Positions 43,551 to 57,168 of a DNA stretch of 64,000 nt are shown here, piece by piece. Every line of letters starts with the position of its first letter. The first letter of the stretch is position 1. A program made the translations under genes and the position numbers. Source of the stretch: Auanema rhodensis (taxonomy: Eukaryota > Animalia > Nematoda); NCBI GenBank assembly GCA_964057225.1, contig OZ059897.1, forward strand, positions 6,510,001 to 6,574,000, read 5' to 3'. Under the pieces are notes generated by a model, which saw only the letters and a list, made by a program, of their open reading frames with translations, was not told the DNA's origin and did not search any database.

Positions 43551-43738
43551 AAAAAAAAATGAGTCAAGTCTTTTTTTGTATAAAATTTTTGAAAATAGTA
43601 GATAAAATACACAAATTGGAACTTCGAAAATTCTTGATTTTTAGTTGTTTTACGAACTCTCCGAGGATACGGTTTTCTGTACTGACAATCATATGAACCA
43701 TTTGAGTGTCCCGGCGGAAAAAATAATTCAAAATTCCT

Positions 43739-44735
43739 CGTGGGGTCTTCTGGGGTCGGGGTCTTCTGGGATCGGGGTCTTCTGGGGACGGGGGCGTCGT
43801 GGGGTCTGCTGGGGTTGGGGTCTTCTGGGGTCGGGGTCTGCTGGAGTCGGGGTCTTCTGGGGTCGTGGTCTTCTGGGGTCGGGGGCGTCGTGGGGTCGTG
43901 GTCTTCTGGGGTCGGGGTCTTCTGGGATTGGGGTCTTCTGGGATCGGGGTCTTCTGGGATCGGGGTCTTCTGGGGTCATATGAACCATTTGAGTGTCCCG
44001 GCGGAAAAAATAATTCAAAATTCCTGGGGGGTCGCGTCGTGGGTCGGGGGCGTCGTGGGGTCTTCTGGGGTCGGGCTCTGCTGGGGTCGGGGGCGTCGTG
44101 GGGGTCGTGGTCTTCTGGGGCCGGGGGCGTCGTGGGGTCGGGGTCTCCTGGGGTCGGGGGCGTCGTGGGGTCGGGGTCTTCTGGGGCCGGGGGCGTCGTG
44201 GGGTCGGGGTCTTCTGGGGTCGGGGGCGTCGTGGGGTCGGGGTCTTCTGGGGTCGGGGGCGTCGTGGGGTCGGGGTCTTCTGGGGTCGGGGGCGTCGTGG
44301 GGTCGGGGTCTTCTGGGGTCGGGGGCGTCGTGGGGTCGGGGTCTTCTGGGGTCGGGGGCGTCGTGGGGTCGGGGTCTTCTGGGGTCGGGGGCGTCGTGGG
44401 GTCGGGGTCTTCTGGTCCTCGGGGGTCCTGGTCCTCGGGGGTTCGCGGGTCCTCAGAGGTCCTGGTCCTGGGGTCCTGGGGTTCTCGGAGGTCCTGGTCC
44501 TGGGGTCCTCGGGTCCTCGGGTCCTCGGGGATCCTGGTCCTGGGGTCCTCGGGTCCTCGGGGGTCCTGGTCCTGGGGTCCTCGGGTCCTCGGGGGTCCTG
44601 GTCCTGGGGTCCTCGGGTCCTCGGGGGTCCTGGTCCTGGGGTCCTCGGGTCCTCGGGGGTCCTGGTCCTCGGGGGTCCTCGGGTCCTCGTGGGTCCTGGT
44701 CCTGGGGTCCTCGGGTCCTCAGGGGTCCTCGGGTC
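43739..44735. repeat. G-rich compound minisatellite (33-bp then ~32-bp units)
   Basis: GGGGTCGGGGTCTTCTGGGGTCGGGGGCGTCGT arrays to ~44412, then GGGGTCCTCGGGTCCTCGGGGGTCCTGGTCCT arrays. Interrupted at 43977-44025 by a copy of the 49-bp flank 43690-43738. Confidence 0.95.
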
Positions 44736-46616
44736 ATCCTGTATCTGTATCTGTATCTGTAACTTTTGTCTTACCTTCTGTTCATCAGCAACCTGTGGGA
44801 TTCGATCTTGGACTGTTTGAGTGCCAGTCTGTCATCTTATCCTTTCGGCTATTGACCACATTTATATATAATTGGTAACTATATGATAAAATAAAAAATG
44901 GATATATCATATAAACTATAAGGCAACATAGTTTCATAATGGGGCTATGTTTAAGACGTCATATCTCATCGATATGTCAATATTTTCAATTTTCAATCAG
45001 ATTTTCATGTTCTACGGGTCCGATTCCATATATAGTAAGTCTCGTAATATTTAATATATTTTTTTAAAACATACTTTTAGTAAAATTATCAAAGAATTCT
45101 CTTCAAGGTCGCGCTCCATTGATAATAATGAATTTGATTCAAATATATTATTCTTATTAAACTAAAATTAAAATATTTTATTTAATGATTTTTATAAATT
45201 TATATAATAATTTTATATTTTTAAATATTAAATAATTTTTATTATTTCTATTAATTTGTTTCTTTTGCTCGGCGATTATCCAGACAAATTCTTATTAACA
45301 AATGTTTTTCACAACTATTTAAGAAATATTATATTTTCGTATACGACAAGAAGCGATTGTTGTCCAATTCGTAGTAGCCTCAACCTTCTTTACATCGTTC
45401 CATATTTTGAAAAATTTCAAATTTCTTGGTTTTGGGAGATCCGAAAGAAATAAATCGACAATCGAACTTGAACACTTTTAAAATTCTTCAATCCCTACGA
45501 GAGTAATGTATAATCATACTTGTACAGTTAAATCACTGTATTTTTATTACTTTAAGTAATATATATTTTATTTTTTTGATGAAATTCAAAAAAAATTAAT
45601 GAAAAGCAATTTTTTCGCTTCTTTGAATTTCTCTTACCTTTCTCTCATACACCTCTCTTTATTTATAAATTATTGAAAATTTGTATTTTTAATACTAAAA
45701 CTTACTTTATTAATAGATTGTGAAGAATAATTTAAAAAAAAAAAGATTTTATTTATTTCATACCTGATCTAGTTGACATCTCATACTCACCTCCCCCAGT
45801 AACGAAAAAATGAAGGAATTTCGCACTGCATGTGACATTAACTTATTATCTTTCCTTTTATAACAATAAATTTCTAAAGACACATACACTTTTTCCAATA
45901 CTAACCGGATGAAAAAAAAGAAACGATTGTTGTTAATTCCTTTCCTTTAATTTTTTTTTGACAAATTTCAAACTATAAAACTGTTCATTTTATGAACACG
46001 GTGACACGCACATGCACATGTATTTTCACTTTTTAATTTTTTTTAACATTTCGAAACATCTTAGTTCAGTATCATGATAACGAACTTTAGATGAGAAGCC
46101 GATTATAAGAACATAGTAGGTGTTTGCTTAATCAAAAAGCCTTCATTCCCACCCCTGAACGGTTTGAGAGTAAGTTTATTAGAGTTAAAACAGACAACCA
46201 AAGCTGAAGATGTAATATGAAAATGGGAAGAGAAACATATGTTTTGAATCACTTTGTTAAGCATATTAGTGATTCAGAATAATCATAATGCTCTTTTTAA
46301 TCTTTACAATTAAAAAAGAGATTTCATTATAAAATTTGATGACAAATGAAGAATATTCTGGAGAGAAGACGATGGTTTGCTTCTGATATTTGTTTTTATT
46401 AGATTGCTGATGCAATTTTTGTAATTCTCTTATAATTAAGAGAAAATTTATAATCTGATAAGAATATATGTAATCAGCTCATAATAATTTGATATATATT
46501 TTAAAGTCCAATGATTTCCGTCTGTAGTCTTGCTTGTTAGGTCTTGTAGAGTTGTTCTGTCGCTCGACAATGTTCCATTTTTTAAATATTCTGTTCTCAT
46601 AATTTCAGTCAATCGA

Positions 46617-48665
46617 ATGCACACAAGTCAGAAAATCGGAGTTGCAAGTGCTATTTCATATTGTGTTGGTGATATTGTTGGTTCAGGTTCTCCATTAGCC
46701 ATTCTATATAGTAACTTAAGCTTCCTCTATTTTGTTAGGTATTTTTGTTTCTCCAACTTCAATCTTAAAACATACCGGATCATTGGGCTTATCACTCGTA
46801 GTATGGGCATTATGTGCCAGCATATCACTTTTCGGTGCACTATGCTACATTGAACTTGGGACTGCTATTCGCAAATCAGGCAATGATTTTGCTTATTTAT
46901 CCCATTTCGGATGGTAGATTTACATTATTTTTAATTGAAAAATCTTTATTCTCCTATATAGGCGACCATTTGCATCTGCATTTCTTTGGGTTTCAGCTAT
47001 TCTATCATATCCTGCAACTATGGCTATTCAAGTAAATTAAACTTGTTCTCCATCTGTTTTCATTCAAAGTCTTTGTAGACAGTGACATTAGGTGAATACG
47101 TTATTGCTGGTTTTGGAAATAAGTTGAATCTGGATGACACTTCTCTGTTTTATGCTCAGAGATTAATTGGATTCGCAGTACTATGTATGTGAACTTGATA
47201 AAAATTTGGTGAATCAACTGAACTCTAACAGGGCCACTCATGTTTCTCAACTTTTTTTCACTCAAGAACGTTGCTGGCCGTTTTCAAATTCTTGCAACTG
47301 CTGCCAAGATTCTAGTAGCAGCTATAATCATAATAACCGGCTTTTACTATTTGGTTTTCAAAGGTAAAATCAGAAAACAAGAATTGAGAAAAAGATTAAT
47401 CTCTCATTTCCTTAGGTTGTAAGCAGAATTTTCAACATAGTTTTGAGGGTACTAATTGGAGAGCAGGTGATATAGTGCTTGGAGTATATTCTGGACTTTT
47501 TGCTTATAACGGTTGGGATGTCTTGAATTTTGGAGCTGAAGAAATTGAAAATCCCAGAAGGTTTACTAATAATACATGAGATTTTCACGCATTTACTCGA
47601 CAGGACTCTTCCAATAGCAGCATTTGCGGGAATTGGAATTTCTGCTATAATCTTCATTTCTATGAATATTTCATATTTCACTGTTTTAACAGTTGATGAA
47701 TTCAAAAGTGCAGATGCCGTAGCGGTGGTATGGCTTGAATATTCAGTATCTAACAAAGAAATTGGAATTTCTAGGCTTTTGCCAATAAAACATTAGGAAA
47801 TTTTCAATATGCTATACCATTCCTTATAGCTTTACTACTTTTTGGAAACCTCAATTCTACCATATTTGCCTGCAGTAGGTATAATAACTTGTTAATGACT
47901 TTATTAATAAATCGATTGTATTGTAGATATCTATATGCTGGAGCTTTAAGAGGTGTTGTACCTTCAGCTGTCCGAGGTTACAACCCTAATTCTATGTCTC
48001 CAAGAGTTTCTGTCTTTATACAAGTAATCTATATGAGTTATATCTGTTTTACTATTTGTTCGGCTCAGGTTTGCCTCGGCATTGGTATCTCCTTCATTGG
48101 AAATTTGGACAATATTATCAGTTACATGTCCTTTGCTCTTTGGGCTCAACGAACAGCAACACAAGTGAGCAAAGCGATCTTTGATTAAACCATTTTCTTT
48201 ATAATAAAGGCTGGATTCATATACTGGAAATGGAAAGGACGTTTAAATGGGCCAGGAGTATTTCAAGTTCCTCTATTTGTACCAATAATATTTTTCTGTA
48301 TTTGTGTAGCTTTACTAGTTATTCCAATAGTGCAGGTAACTTGAAAACCCGAAAAAATTACAAGGAAATGACGTTTTATTCCTTTCTTTTTAGGATTTTT
48401 ATGTTGCAATTTATGGCTTAGGCTTGATTGTAATTGGCTTTATCATCTACTTTTTGTTCATTTTTCCAACACATGTTCCACAATTTCTTATAAGATTAGA
48501 TGGTAATGTTTAATTAATTTTTGTAATCACATTCAAATCTGCTTTTCAGTCTGGTTACTAAGACTAAGTCAAATTGTATTTGATTGTATACCAGGAAGCT
48601 TGGCTGAATCATCATCAGAAGTAGTACTAGATGTTGATTGTTTAGACATTAAAACAAAACTTTAA
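46617..48665 (+). CDS. SLC7/APC-family amino-acid transporter (nematode AAT family)
   Basis: [64 protein letters not shown], multiple TM segments, C-terminus IKTKL*. The start codon is uncertain; it lies 8 nt after a TTTCAG acceptor. Confidence 0.92.
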
Positions 48666-48940
48666 TCATGCATTATAATGCTTTAATTTTGTTTGAGAAG
48701 AATCTCTGAAATAATCTTATCACAACCAGTATTATATTTCATTAAAATTATCTTTTGTACATACATTCAATTTAATTATTTTTTTTCGAAATGCTCTAAT
48801 AAAAGTTTCGGTGTCTGATGTGTTATCATCAAGTTGTCTCAGCTAAAAAAAATAATCTAATTTAATCAAAACGTTTCAACTGAGGCAATTGTCGTCGCGT
48901 TGGTCCGTAAAACATCTGAAAACCAAGAAATTTCTCATAA

Positions 48941-51900
48941 TTAGTATATATGTTTGCTATAATCTTTTACCACATCTTGATCTTCAGTGTTCTGTAGTCT
49001 ATAAGGAGTTGGTCCATATCCTGGTCGGGGAGCACGTAGGTCGCTTCTACTTCTGTAATATTCATATTTATATTGATTTTTAATTAATATATAATTATTT
49101 ATTTAACATACCCATGATCATTTCTAGAGTATGAGCCATATGATTCATGTGATAGTTCCCCCATTGATGGTGTCTTCTGAACACCATTCTGAATAATTTA
49201 GTATATTCGTGTAAACTACATACTATAATGTGTTTGAAAATAAATTGTTGATGTAATTATTGAATGATTAAGTAAATTGAATGAATATTGATTTGGTCTT
49301 TTAAAATCATCAATCTATATAATGCGAAACACAACCGACTACAGCGTATGCATCAATGAAAATGAAATTTATGCTAATGAGATAAATTTTTTTTGGAAAT
49401 AACTAAGCATGTTTGTTATGCTCTTGCATACACAGAATGCACTTTGATTACTGTGCTACGTGATCGTCGATAAGCACATTTTAACCTTTTCTTCAACTTG
49501 GTAAAACTTTGTTTTTTGACAAACATCGTACCTGGTGTAGGTGGTCATAGCTCATTGCATTACGTAGCTGGTTAGGGAGTACAAATCCTTTCTGGCCGTG
49601 ACGCCAAGAATCAATAGTATCCTGTAAGAGAAAACAATCATTAGCTCTTAATTGTAAATTTGAGAGAACAACTTCAAGCGTTGGAAGGCCTAACTCGCTG
49701 CGACTTCTTCTCAGCTCTTCTTCACGCTCACGAGCATGTCTTATTTCTGCAGCAACAATGGATTCTCCAGGTCTCACATCTTCCTAGAATGCCAATTTCA
49801 GACAAAGATCAAATGATACTTCACAAATAACATGAAATACCTGTCGTTCACGTACAGGATCATTTTTACGATAACGAGGAACATTTGGCCCGAATTGAGT
49901 TTTTTTTATGTATCTGCCAGATTTCTGATTATTCGGAGAGTATTGCCACTAAAAAATGATGATATTAGAAATGTATCAGAGAGCAAAGAACAAATTACAC
50001 ATTGATTTGACATATCATCATCTGTGGATCGTATTTCAACTCTCCGATAGGGTATATCATCCATAGCTTGACGAGTAGCTTCAGAATAGCTCAATCCAAC
50101 ACCTAAAATGGAAAATTGGAAAAACATATAGAAATTTGAACAATATCGTGTTCTCATCATCAAATTTGTTCTATTCTACAACGAATGAAATTCGATTTTC
50201 TTCAAGTTAACGTTAAGAAAAAAATAAAGTTTCTTGGTGATCAAATTTAAAAAAAAAACTGATAAAACTGAATAAAACTTACTATTAGCTATATCTGGAT
50301 TTTGCTTAATATATAGTAATAATAGTTGTTGTTCAATATGAAATTGCTGATCTCTTGTGTATCCATTGTTATAATTACTATTAACAGGCTGATTAGATGT
50401 TGGGCGATAAGTTGAAGTTGAAAAACTGTCTAAGCTCTCCTTAAATATATATTTTTTTGAAGTTAAAAAACTTGAGTTTACTTACTTGGCATTCAGAATA
50501 ACGATTGGCTTGAGCCTGACGCATTAATGTTTCTTCACTTTTTGGCGGTAGGGGAGGAGGAGCTGAATCATGCCGACTAGATGCATTGGAGAATGAACGT
50601 TCTAAAAATAGTTTGAAAACTAATAATTGTTGTTGGAAAAAACAATCTAAATGCAAATACCAACCTCTGTGACTAAAATCTCCGCTTTCAAAACGTTGAC
50701 GAGCTTCATGGATGTTGGCAATCGATTCTCGACTAACTCCCTCTCGAATCTTATCTCGATCATACCTACAGATTATGTAATCTGCTTTGTGAACTATGGA
50801 AAGTCTTACCAGGATTGCTGTTGTTTCTGCTCTTGCATTACCAGGGAATCTAAGCTTTTGCCTTTATGAAGTGGACGTGTGGGTTCAACTGTTTCATGTA
50901 TATGTTGCTAGAGCCAAAATATTGTACAAACAAATTTGAAAGATGACCTTACTTTCGTCAGTACAGCTTCTCTGTCAGTTAGTTCCATTTTTCGTAATCT
51001 ATCTTCAGGAATTCTACTATCTTTTGGAATATCTACAGAATTTGATGCTACTAATGAAGCTGACAGAGCATCCGATGATCTCCACTTTGGAAAACCATAA
51101 GTTTTTGGTCGAACTGTTCGAGCAGTTTCTTCCTGCAAATTATTGAGAAAATCATTGAAAATGTGAGAAATAAAGTATTAAACTTACTCGTTCAAGTTTT
51201 TCCTTATGAATATTCTGCTCCCAATAACTCCTAATACTAGGAGTCTTTGCACAATCCACTTTGCCGCCTAGCTTGGAGCAAGGCCAAGCAGAATCACCTT
51301 TAAATGGGACAAATAACTTATTTGGACAGAGAGCTTAGAATGGGTAGAAGCTTTTTGACATTTGTGACAGCTATACGGAAAGATCAAATCTTTTCATTTG
51401 CGATGATCATTTACGTACCGACTATAGCATTATTTTGGTTCATAGTACGATTTAAGATTAAAATAAAAAATAAAACTTAGATCTCAAGAAGCTAAAACTA
51501 AATAACAATCATCGTTCAGGGTTTACCCGTAACAAATCAATTAATTTGCCACCAAGAAGTCACAAAAAAACTTCACAAAACCTTTTCTCCAAGTACATTC
51601 CGAAGCGAAGGATTAAAAAGCTGTTAGTTAACCATTGTGTCGTCAGATATTTGTCTTTGATAAATAAAAATGTTGTAACAGTACTCAGTTTAGAGCTAGT
51701 AACTGAGAAATTTTACAATGAAGATGAATACAATTCAAATAGAAATAATAATTATATAATATATATTGAAAATACTAACTATACGCATGTACATTAACAT
51801 TTTTTTTGTTTTTAGAATATCAAGAGAATGTGTGAGTATGTACTTTTCTTCAAATGAAGTGAATTATATTTCTATTTAATTATTTAAGATGATATTGAAG

Positions 51901-53663
51901 AAATAGGCCGAAATAACTTTAGATACACTCACCTATTATTTGTAACATAATCAGGTGAAAAAATGGAAAAAAATGAGTCGAACTGTGTTAGAAACAGAAA
52001 AGATTGAAAAGCGAAAGATAAATATTGTGAGCAAGTTGGAAGCTCTACGCATCTACTACGCCCACTTGAACACTACCTATTGAATAGCACACAAAATGAA
52101 TGAACTGATTGCTTATGAGCCGAATTTTCAAATTTCAAGCTTTAGAATATGAAATTGAGATCTCTTAAGCTTGAGCTGCAAAACTTTTTATTCGGAGAAA
52201 AACTTGCTTTTACTGTTTAGATTTCCACCACTTGGAGTTCTACTAGCTCGACGTACCATTTCCGATTCCCGTCTGAGAGTGTCCATTGATGGAGTTGTAG
52301 AAGACTTAAAATATTAAAAATATAATAACATATATAAGCTGGAACATTAAAACCTTATCTAATTTGGACCGTGGACTTCGCATCGAGTTATTACGAGTTG
52401 CAAACTGTACATGATTAACGGGAACTGACGGTGATGATGTTGATACTGAAAGATATTTTCTTCCCTCCCTAGTATCAGATGCTTGTAACTTTCTCTCTGT
52501 TTCCTTTTCTGATGATGGCGGAGGAGTTCTACAATTTTGTATTTGTAAAATCATTGATTACACATTCTTTTATATTTTGCACTATGTATGCTAATTTGTA
52601 TTAAGTACATGACAAACTCACGTTATGACGTGAAACATCAATTGAACATTTATTTTATTTTTATGGCATATAAAGAGCGGTTGAATATAGTATATAGAGG
52701 TTAGTAACTTTCAACATTTTGTTCGATTTCAATAATATGACTACAACTTTTATTCCGATAAAATGAGGAAAAAGTGAAAAAAACTTCATTACATTTCATT
52801 GTTTGTTGTTTATATTATATTTAAGCATGTTTATGAAAATTCGCTCATACTCCCTATGCACTAATATACGTTCTCTTCAATTTTGAATTTAATTTAGAAA
52901 TTCTAAAATCGAAGAGATCTCGCAGTCAATGAGGCTTAAGAGAAAATTCCAATTTCAGCTCGAGTGGTCATCTGAAGAGTGAATCTCGTCATCTTTATCC
53001 TCGTCTTCCTATGATTGCTCTTCCTTTTTTTATTTTTTTGTTCCGATTTGACAGTTTAGTCTGTCAGACCACAGCTTTTCGAAAATCGGGTCTCTTCTAT
53101 ATTATTTTACCGCTACACTCCCTAGAATTCTTAATTCTTCAACTCTCTCCCCCAATTTCGTTGACACTTCTCGACTCTCTTTCTCTGCTCCTCCATATTT
53201 ACCAAATTCTTCGATGCCACTCAACAATGGTATACGAGAACTCCGAAATCAGACTGGATATTGCTGCGAAAAACTTTATGCATTTCGCTTCGATCTGCAT
53301 AGTTAATTAACCATAATTTTATTTTCATCGTGTTTATATGATACTAATTAAAATTTCGATTGAAAGAGAGACATCTCATTAAAACTAATAATCCTAAACT
53401 AACCTTAGAGGGATGTTTGTTATGTGGTTATTAGCTTCCGGAACTTGATATATTTGTTCATGTTCCTCTTCAACTATACGAACTATATTTTTTTCTTCAA
53501 AGCTTCTCCCATTAACTGTACCGAAGGCAAATCCCCGCGGCTTCAAATTAGATCCTCAATTCATATTTTTCATATAACATCATAAAAAAATTACATGAAT
53601 ACCTTTAAGTAATGGAGAGCTTCGCACAATGGACGATGACCGTCGTCCGACTTCCATCTCCAT
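48941..53663 (-). CDS. Largely low-complexity protein with AKAP2_C/MISP-like motif; multi-exon, 5' structure uncertain
   Basis: Exons include TVRPKTYGFPKWRSSDALSASL, APPPLPPKS and ESIVAAEIRHAREREEELRRSRSELGLPTLE. The last exon ends KDYSKHIY*. Putative start MEMEVGRRSS follows an ATTCAG acceptor. Confidence 0.7.
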
Positions 53664-54949
53664 CCTGAATTAAAGTTTTCAACATACAAAAAATAAATAT
53701 AAACAAAGATTATCAACAGAGGTGAAAGTCTAAATCCACTATTCTAACTTGAACAATGTGGGAAAGGCTCAGGTTTTTGTAGTCTACACTATTACTTATG
53801 TTCTTTTGGAGTAGGAAGCATCTTTTTACAAAATTTGTTCATTTTGCACAGTGGAACGCTAACATTATAACGAATATATTACCAGACAAACCAATCAAAC
53901 TTATTAGATTCAGGATTTGAATATCAATTCGATTTAGAACTAGAAATTCAGGCAATATTTCAGAAAGCTCAGAAAAACAAAAGGTATCACATTACGGCGC
54001 AGTAAAAAAAACTATATTCCGAGAAAGTTAAGCGGATAACATGAAGGTCGTGAGCATGATTGTTAGGCTGCAAACACTCGACGATAAACCGGCAGGCTTG
54101 TGAGCGAACTGTGAAAGGCGGAAAAGGAATAAAAGTATATTGATAGCGACGCATGCTTTTGAACTAACAAGCAAGAAAAAAAAAGAATAAGGAGAAGTGT
54201 GTGTGAGCACGTTTGAACGAACCGTAGAGAGAGATCGTCCACACTGTAGTGCTAAGCCGGCAACTGCTTTAGCTTCTTCAGTCTCTTTTCCTCCTCCGAA
54301 ATCAGCTTCTTGAGAGCTGCTGTTGTCTTCAGTCGGTCTATGCTTTTCATCAATAGTTTCTCTCTTTGTCTTTATCACTCATCAACGTAATGAGCAAGAC
54401 AAAACGCAAAGGGACGGCCAAACCTCCTTCCCAGATGAGTAGGGCTTGTCGCAGAACGAACGCAATGCGTTCCAATCAGCTGAGAAGTGGTAATAGTGAG
54501 ATGAGGACCTACAGACTAGCGGAAGCGATTTGAGAGAAGAGATAAAGAGATAAAACAGAAGAAAATATCGAGTGTGTTCATATAAATATATTTATAGACC
54601 AAATAGGACAACGTGCATCAATCTGGTAAAAGTAACAAACAGCTTTGCTAACATTACATGGTGATTACGTGAAAAGGAATCTGAAAATTAGCAATCGGAG
54701 TAGTAGAGTCACCGGCTAATAAGTATTAGCGCTGAAAACATTTCTTATACAATATCGTGTACTCAGGAATTTCTGACAACAATAACTTTTAAATACCACG
54801 AGATCAAATATTAAAGCAATTAATGCAAAGAACAACTAGGGACATACAAAGATCAACAAAATGTGCAAAATATTAATGTAAAAGATTATGTTTTTTATGA
54901 TAGAATGGGTTACTCACATGAAAAGGAAAATGAAAATAATATAAATTCT

Positions 54950-57168
54950 TCACATGCGGAGGACTTTGTTGTCCTGTCTGATATCTGCTGATGGTCTCTT
55001 TCTGCTGTTCTTCGAGTCTTCCGAATCTGTACTACCATTCAATATACTTTTACTACTCTGTAGACTAGCGTTTACTGAAAAATTGCGACATTTTTCGGTA
55101 AACTACTGAGTCTTTTAAATATATAACTCACAATTTTGTCTAGATTGATCAATGTATAAAGATGTGTTCAAGGTTCCATCAAGGTTTAGTAAATTTACAA
55201 GCTGATCTTGCATAAGTCGTGCATGAGATGCCATTGATGTACTTAGTTGAGAATTATTCAATGAAGAGGGAGGCTGCTGAAAATAAAATTAAAACATTCC
55301 GTAAGTGTGCCCAACTCAGTAAGCTTACTGGAGATGGAGACTTTTGTTGCATAACCAAAGATCCGAATGGCAGGTTATAAGGTGACAATCCGTTTGCTAG
55401 AGGAAATCCTAAAAATTCATAAAGTTTTAACAATAACTATGAACTTCAAACCTGAAGCAGCATTCATGCTTCCTAGTGAATACGTGAAGGATTGATGAGC
55501 TGGAGCTGCCTGTGCCGCACTTGCCTGCAGCGGTGTATAAGCCGGTACATGGAAAGGGTTTAACGGTGGTAACCCAAGAGTCTGATTAGCAACCAAAGGA
55601 TTTACGTTAAAAAGCCCTGTTGGGGTAGTGGTAGCGGCCACTGGAGCGGTGGCCGTAAGTAAGCCTGAACATTACTATTTAAACAAATTGCTCATTGAAA
55701 TTCAACAGATATTGTCGGTGGATGTGAGGATACCATGTAGAACATGGTTACATGTAAGGAAAGCCACAAAATAGCTTGAACTAGAGGCACAACCTGACCT
55801 ACTAATTCTTCCAAACACGGCCTTGTCCTATACCCTAGCAATTTGGAACTAAGACTAGACTTTCGAGACTGGGTGAGTGAGCAAACGGAAGGTGATGAAC
55901 CACGACCAGAAATGCAAAAACTAAACCACAGTAAGTTTCAAACATGTTTGACAAGAAATTATGTGATTGGTAGAGTATTTGAAGCAACTAGTCAACGAAA
56001 ACAACATGTCCAAAAGCAAAGTTGGGGTAAAACACGGAACATAGGTCATGTTAGCGAAACTCTTAACCTCTTTAGGTATTAGCTTAGAAAATTAATAAAA
56101 AAAACGAAAATTATTGAAAAAATAACATGCTACTCACTCTGAAGCACTAACGGATTCTGCGATAAGAACAGGTTCAACTGCTGCTGATGCAACTGATTTT
56201 GAAGCAGATTCGCTTGCAGTCCACTATTGAGATGAGCTTTTGTTGCAACGTGAGAAGCATTCGTTTGGGGAATATTATGTGTATGATTTCTGCCATAGTT
56301 GCGACTCGTAATCGGCTTCGGAGGCGAAGTTGCTTTACGGACCTGAATGGAGGCGGTACGTGCACACAGGTGAAGGAAGTTAAACGTGTTCAAGCTGATC
56401 AAGTTAACGTTGTAATAACATGCTAAGATAAGAAAGATTCGAAAACACTAAACGCAGTAAGAGAACATCAGCCATTGTCGACCTTTATCAAAAAAACAAT
56501 AGATAAAAGAGAGCGAATGGTGAGAATGACCGGTGCTCACCACAGACGTTCAGGTGTCCGAAACAAAACATTACATGCTATTATTAACAGTAAACTTGCA
56601 GAAACATGGGTAAAAATAGCATGTGAAATGAATTTATTCCACATGTAACATACCTCTATTGTTCTACCTAATATCTTCTTTCCGTGAAGGTTTTTACGAG
56701 CACGTTCGCAACTTTCAATAGAATCCATAGTGACAAACCCAAAACCTTTTGAGCCTCGTTCATTACAAACAATTAGTGCAGAAACAACAATTCCAAATCT
56801 TGATAGGAAGAATAATAAGATTAAAAGTTCAATGGAGAAAAACAACTTACGGGCTGAAAAGCGTGTGTAGATCATGTTCTCTAAAGGAAAAAGGGATATT
56901 GCTCACATATATTCTGTAATAAATAAAACTGAAAACTGAATCAAAATAAAAATTCGGACCTATTATTGGTATACTGATCAGGCTCTTGAGTCTTCGGCTT
57001 GGGAGGGTTACCGCCATCGTTGGGAATAATAAGTCCTTTATCGTTTATTTCAGGGGGTGAAACAGGTCCAATAGAGGAAGGACTATCTTTACAAGAATAA
57101 AAAACTTTCTCCTTAGGTTTTTCTAAACGTGGCTTCTCAAGAGTAACCATATCTGCAACACCGATCAT
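54950..57168 (-). CDS. spn-4: Rbfox-family RRM protein, SPN-4-like
   Basis: RIYVSNIPFSFREHDLHTLFSPFGIVVSALIVCNERGSKGFGFVTMDSIESCERAR...GRTIEVRKAT closely resembles my recollection of the SPN-4 RRM. Q/P/A-rich tail ending RKRPS...KVLRM*. Confidence 0.8.

Noticed and set aside
43671-43703. Short matches to the start of lysozyme copy 3 (CGGTTTTCTGTACT and TATGAACCATTT)
   Set aside because: Two short words with different spacing and no extended alignment; I cannot distinguish this from chance.
43645-44878. Long Gly/Ser/Arg/Pro-rich ORFs (up to 359 aa, collagen-like in places)
   Set aside because: They are open in nearly all frames because the satellite lacks A on the + strand. There is no splice context or signal peptide, so they are a by-product of the repeat.
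55799-55834. 36-nt frame-preserving cassette exon in the spn-4-like intron
   Set aside because: Splice sites are weak; it cannot be supported without transcripts.
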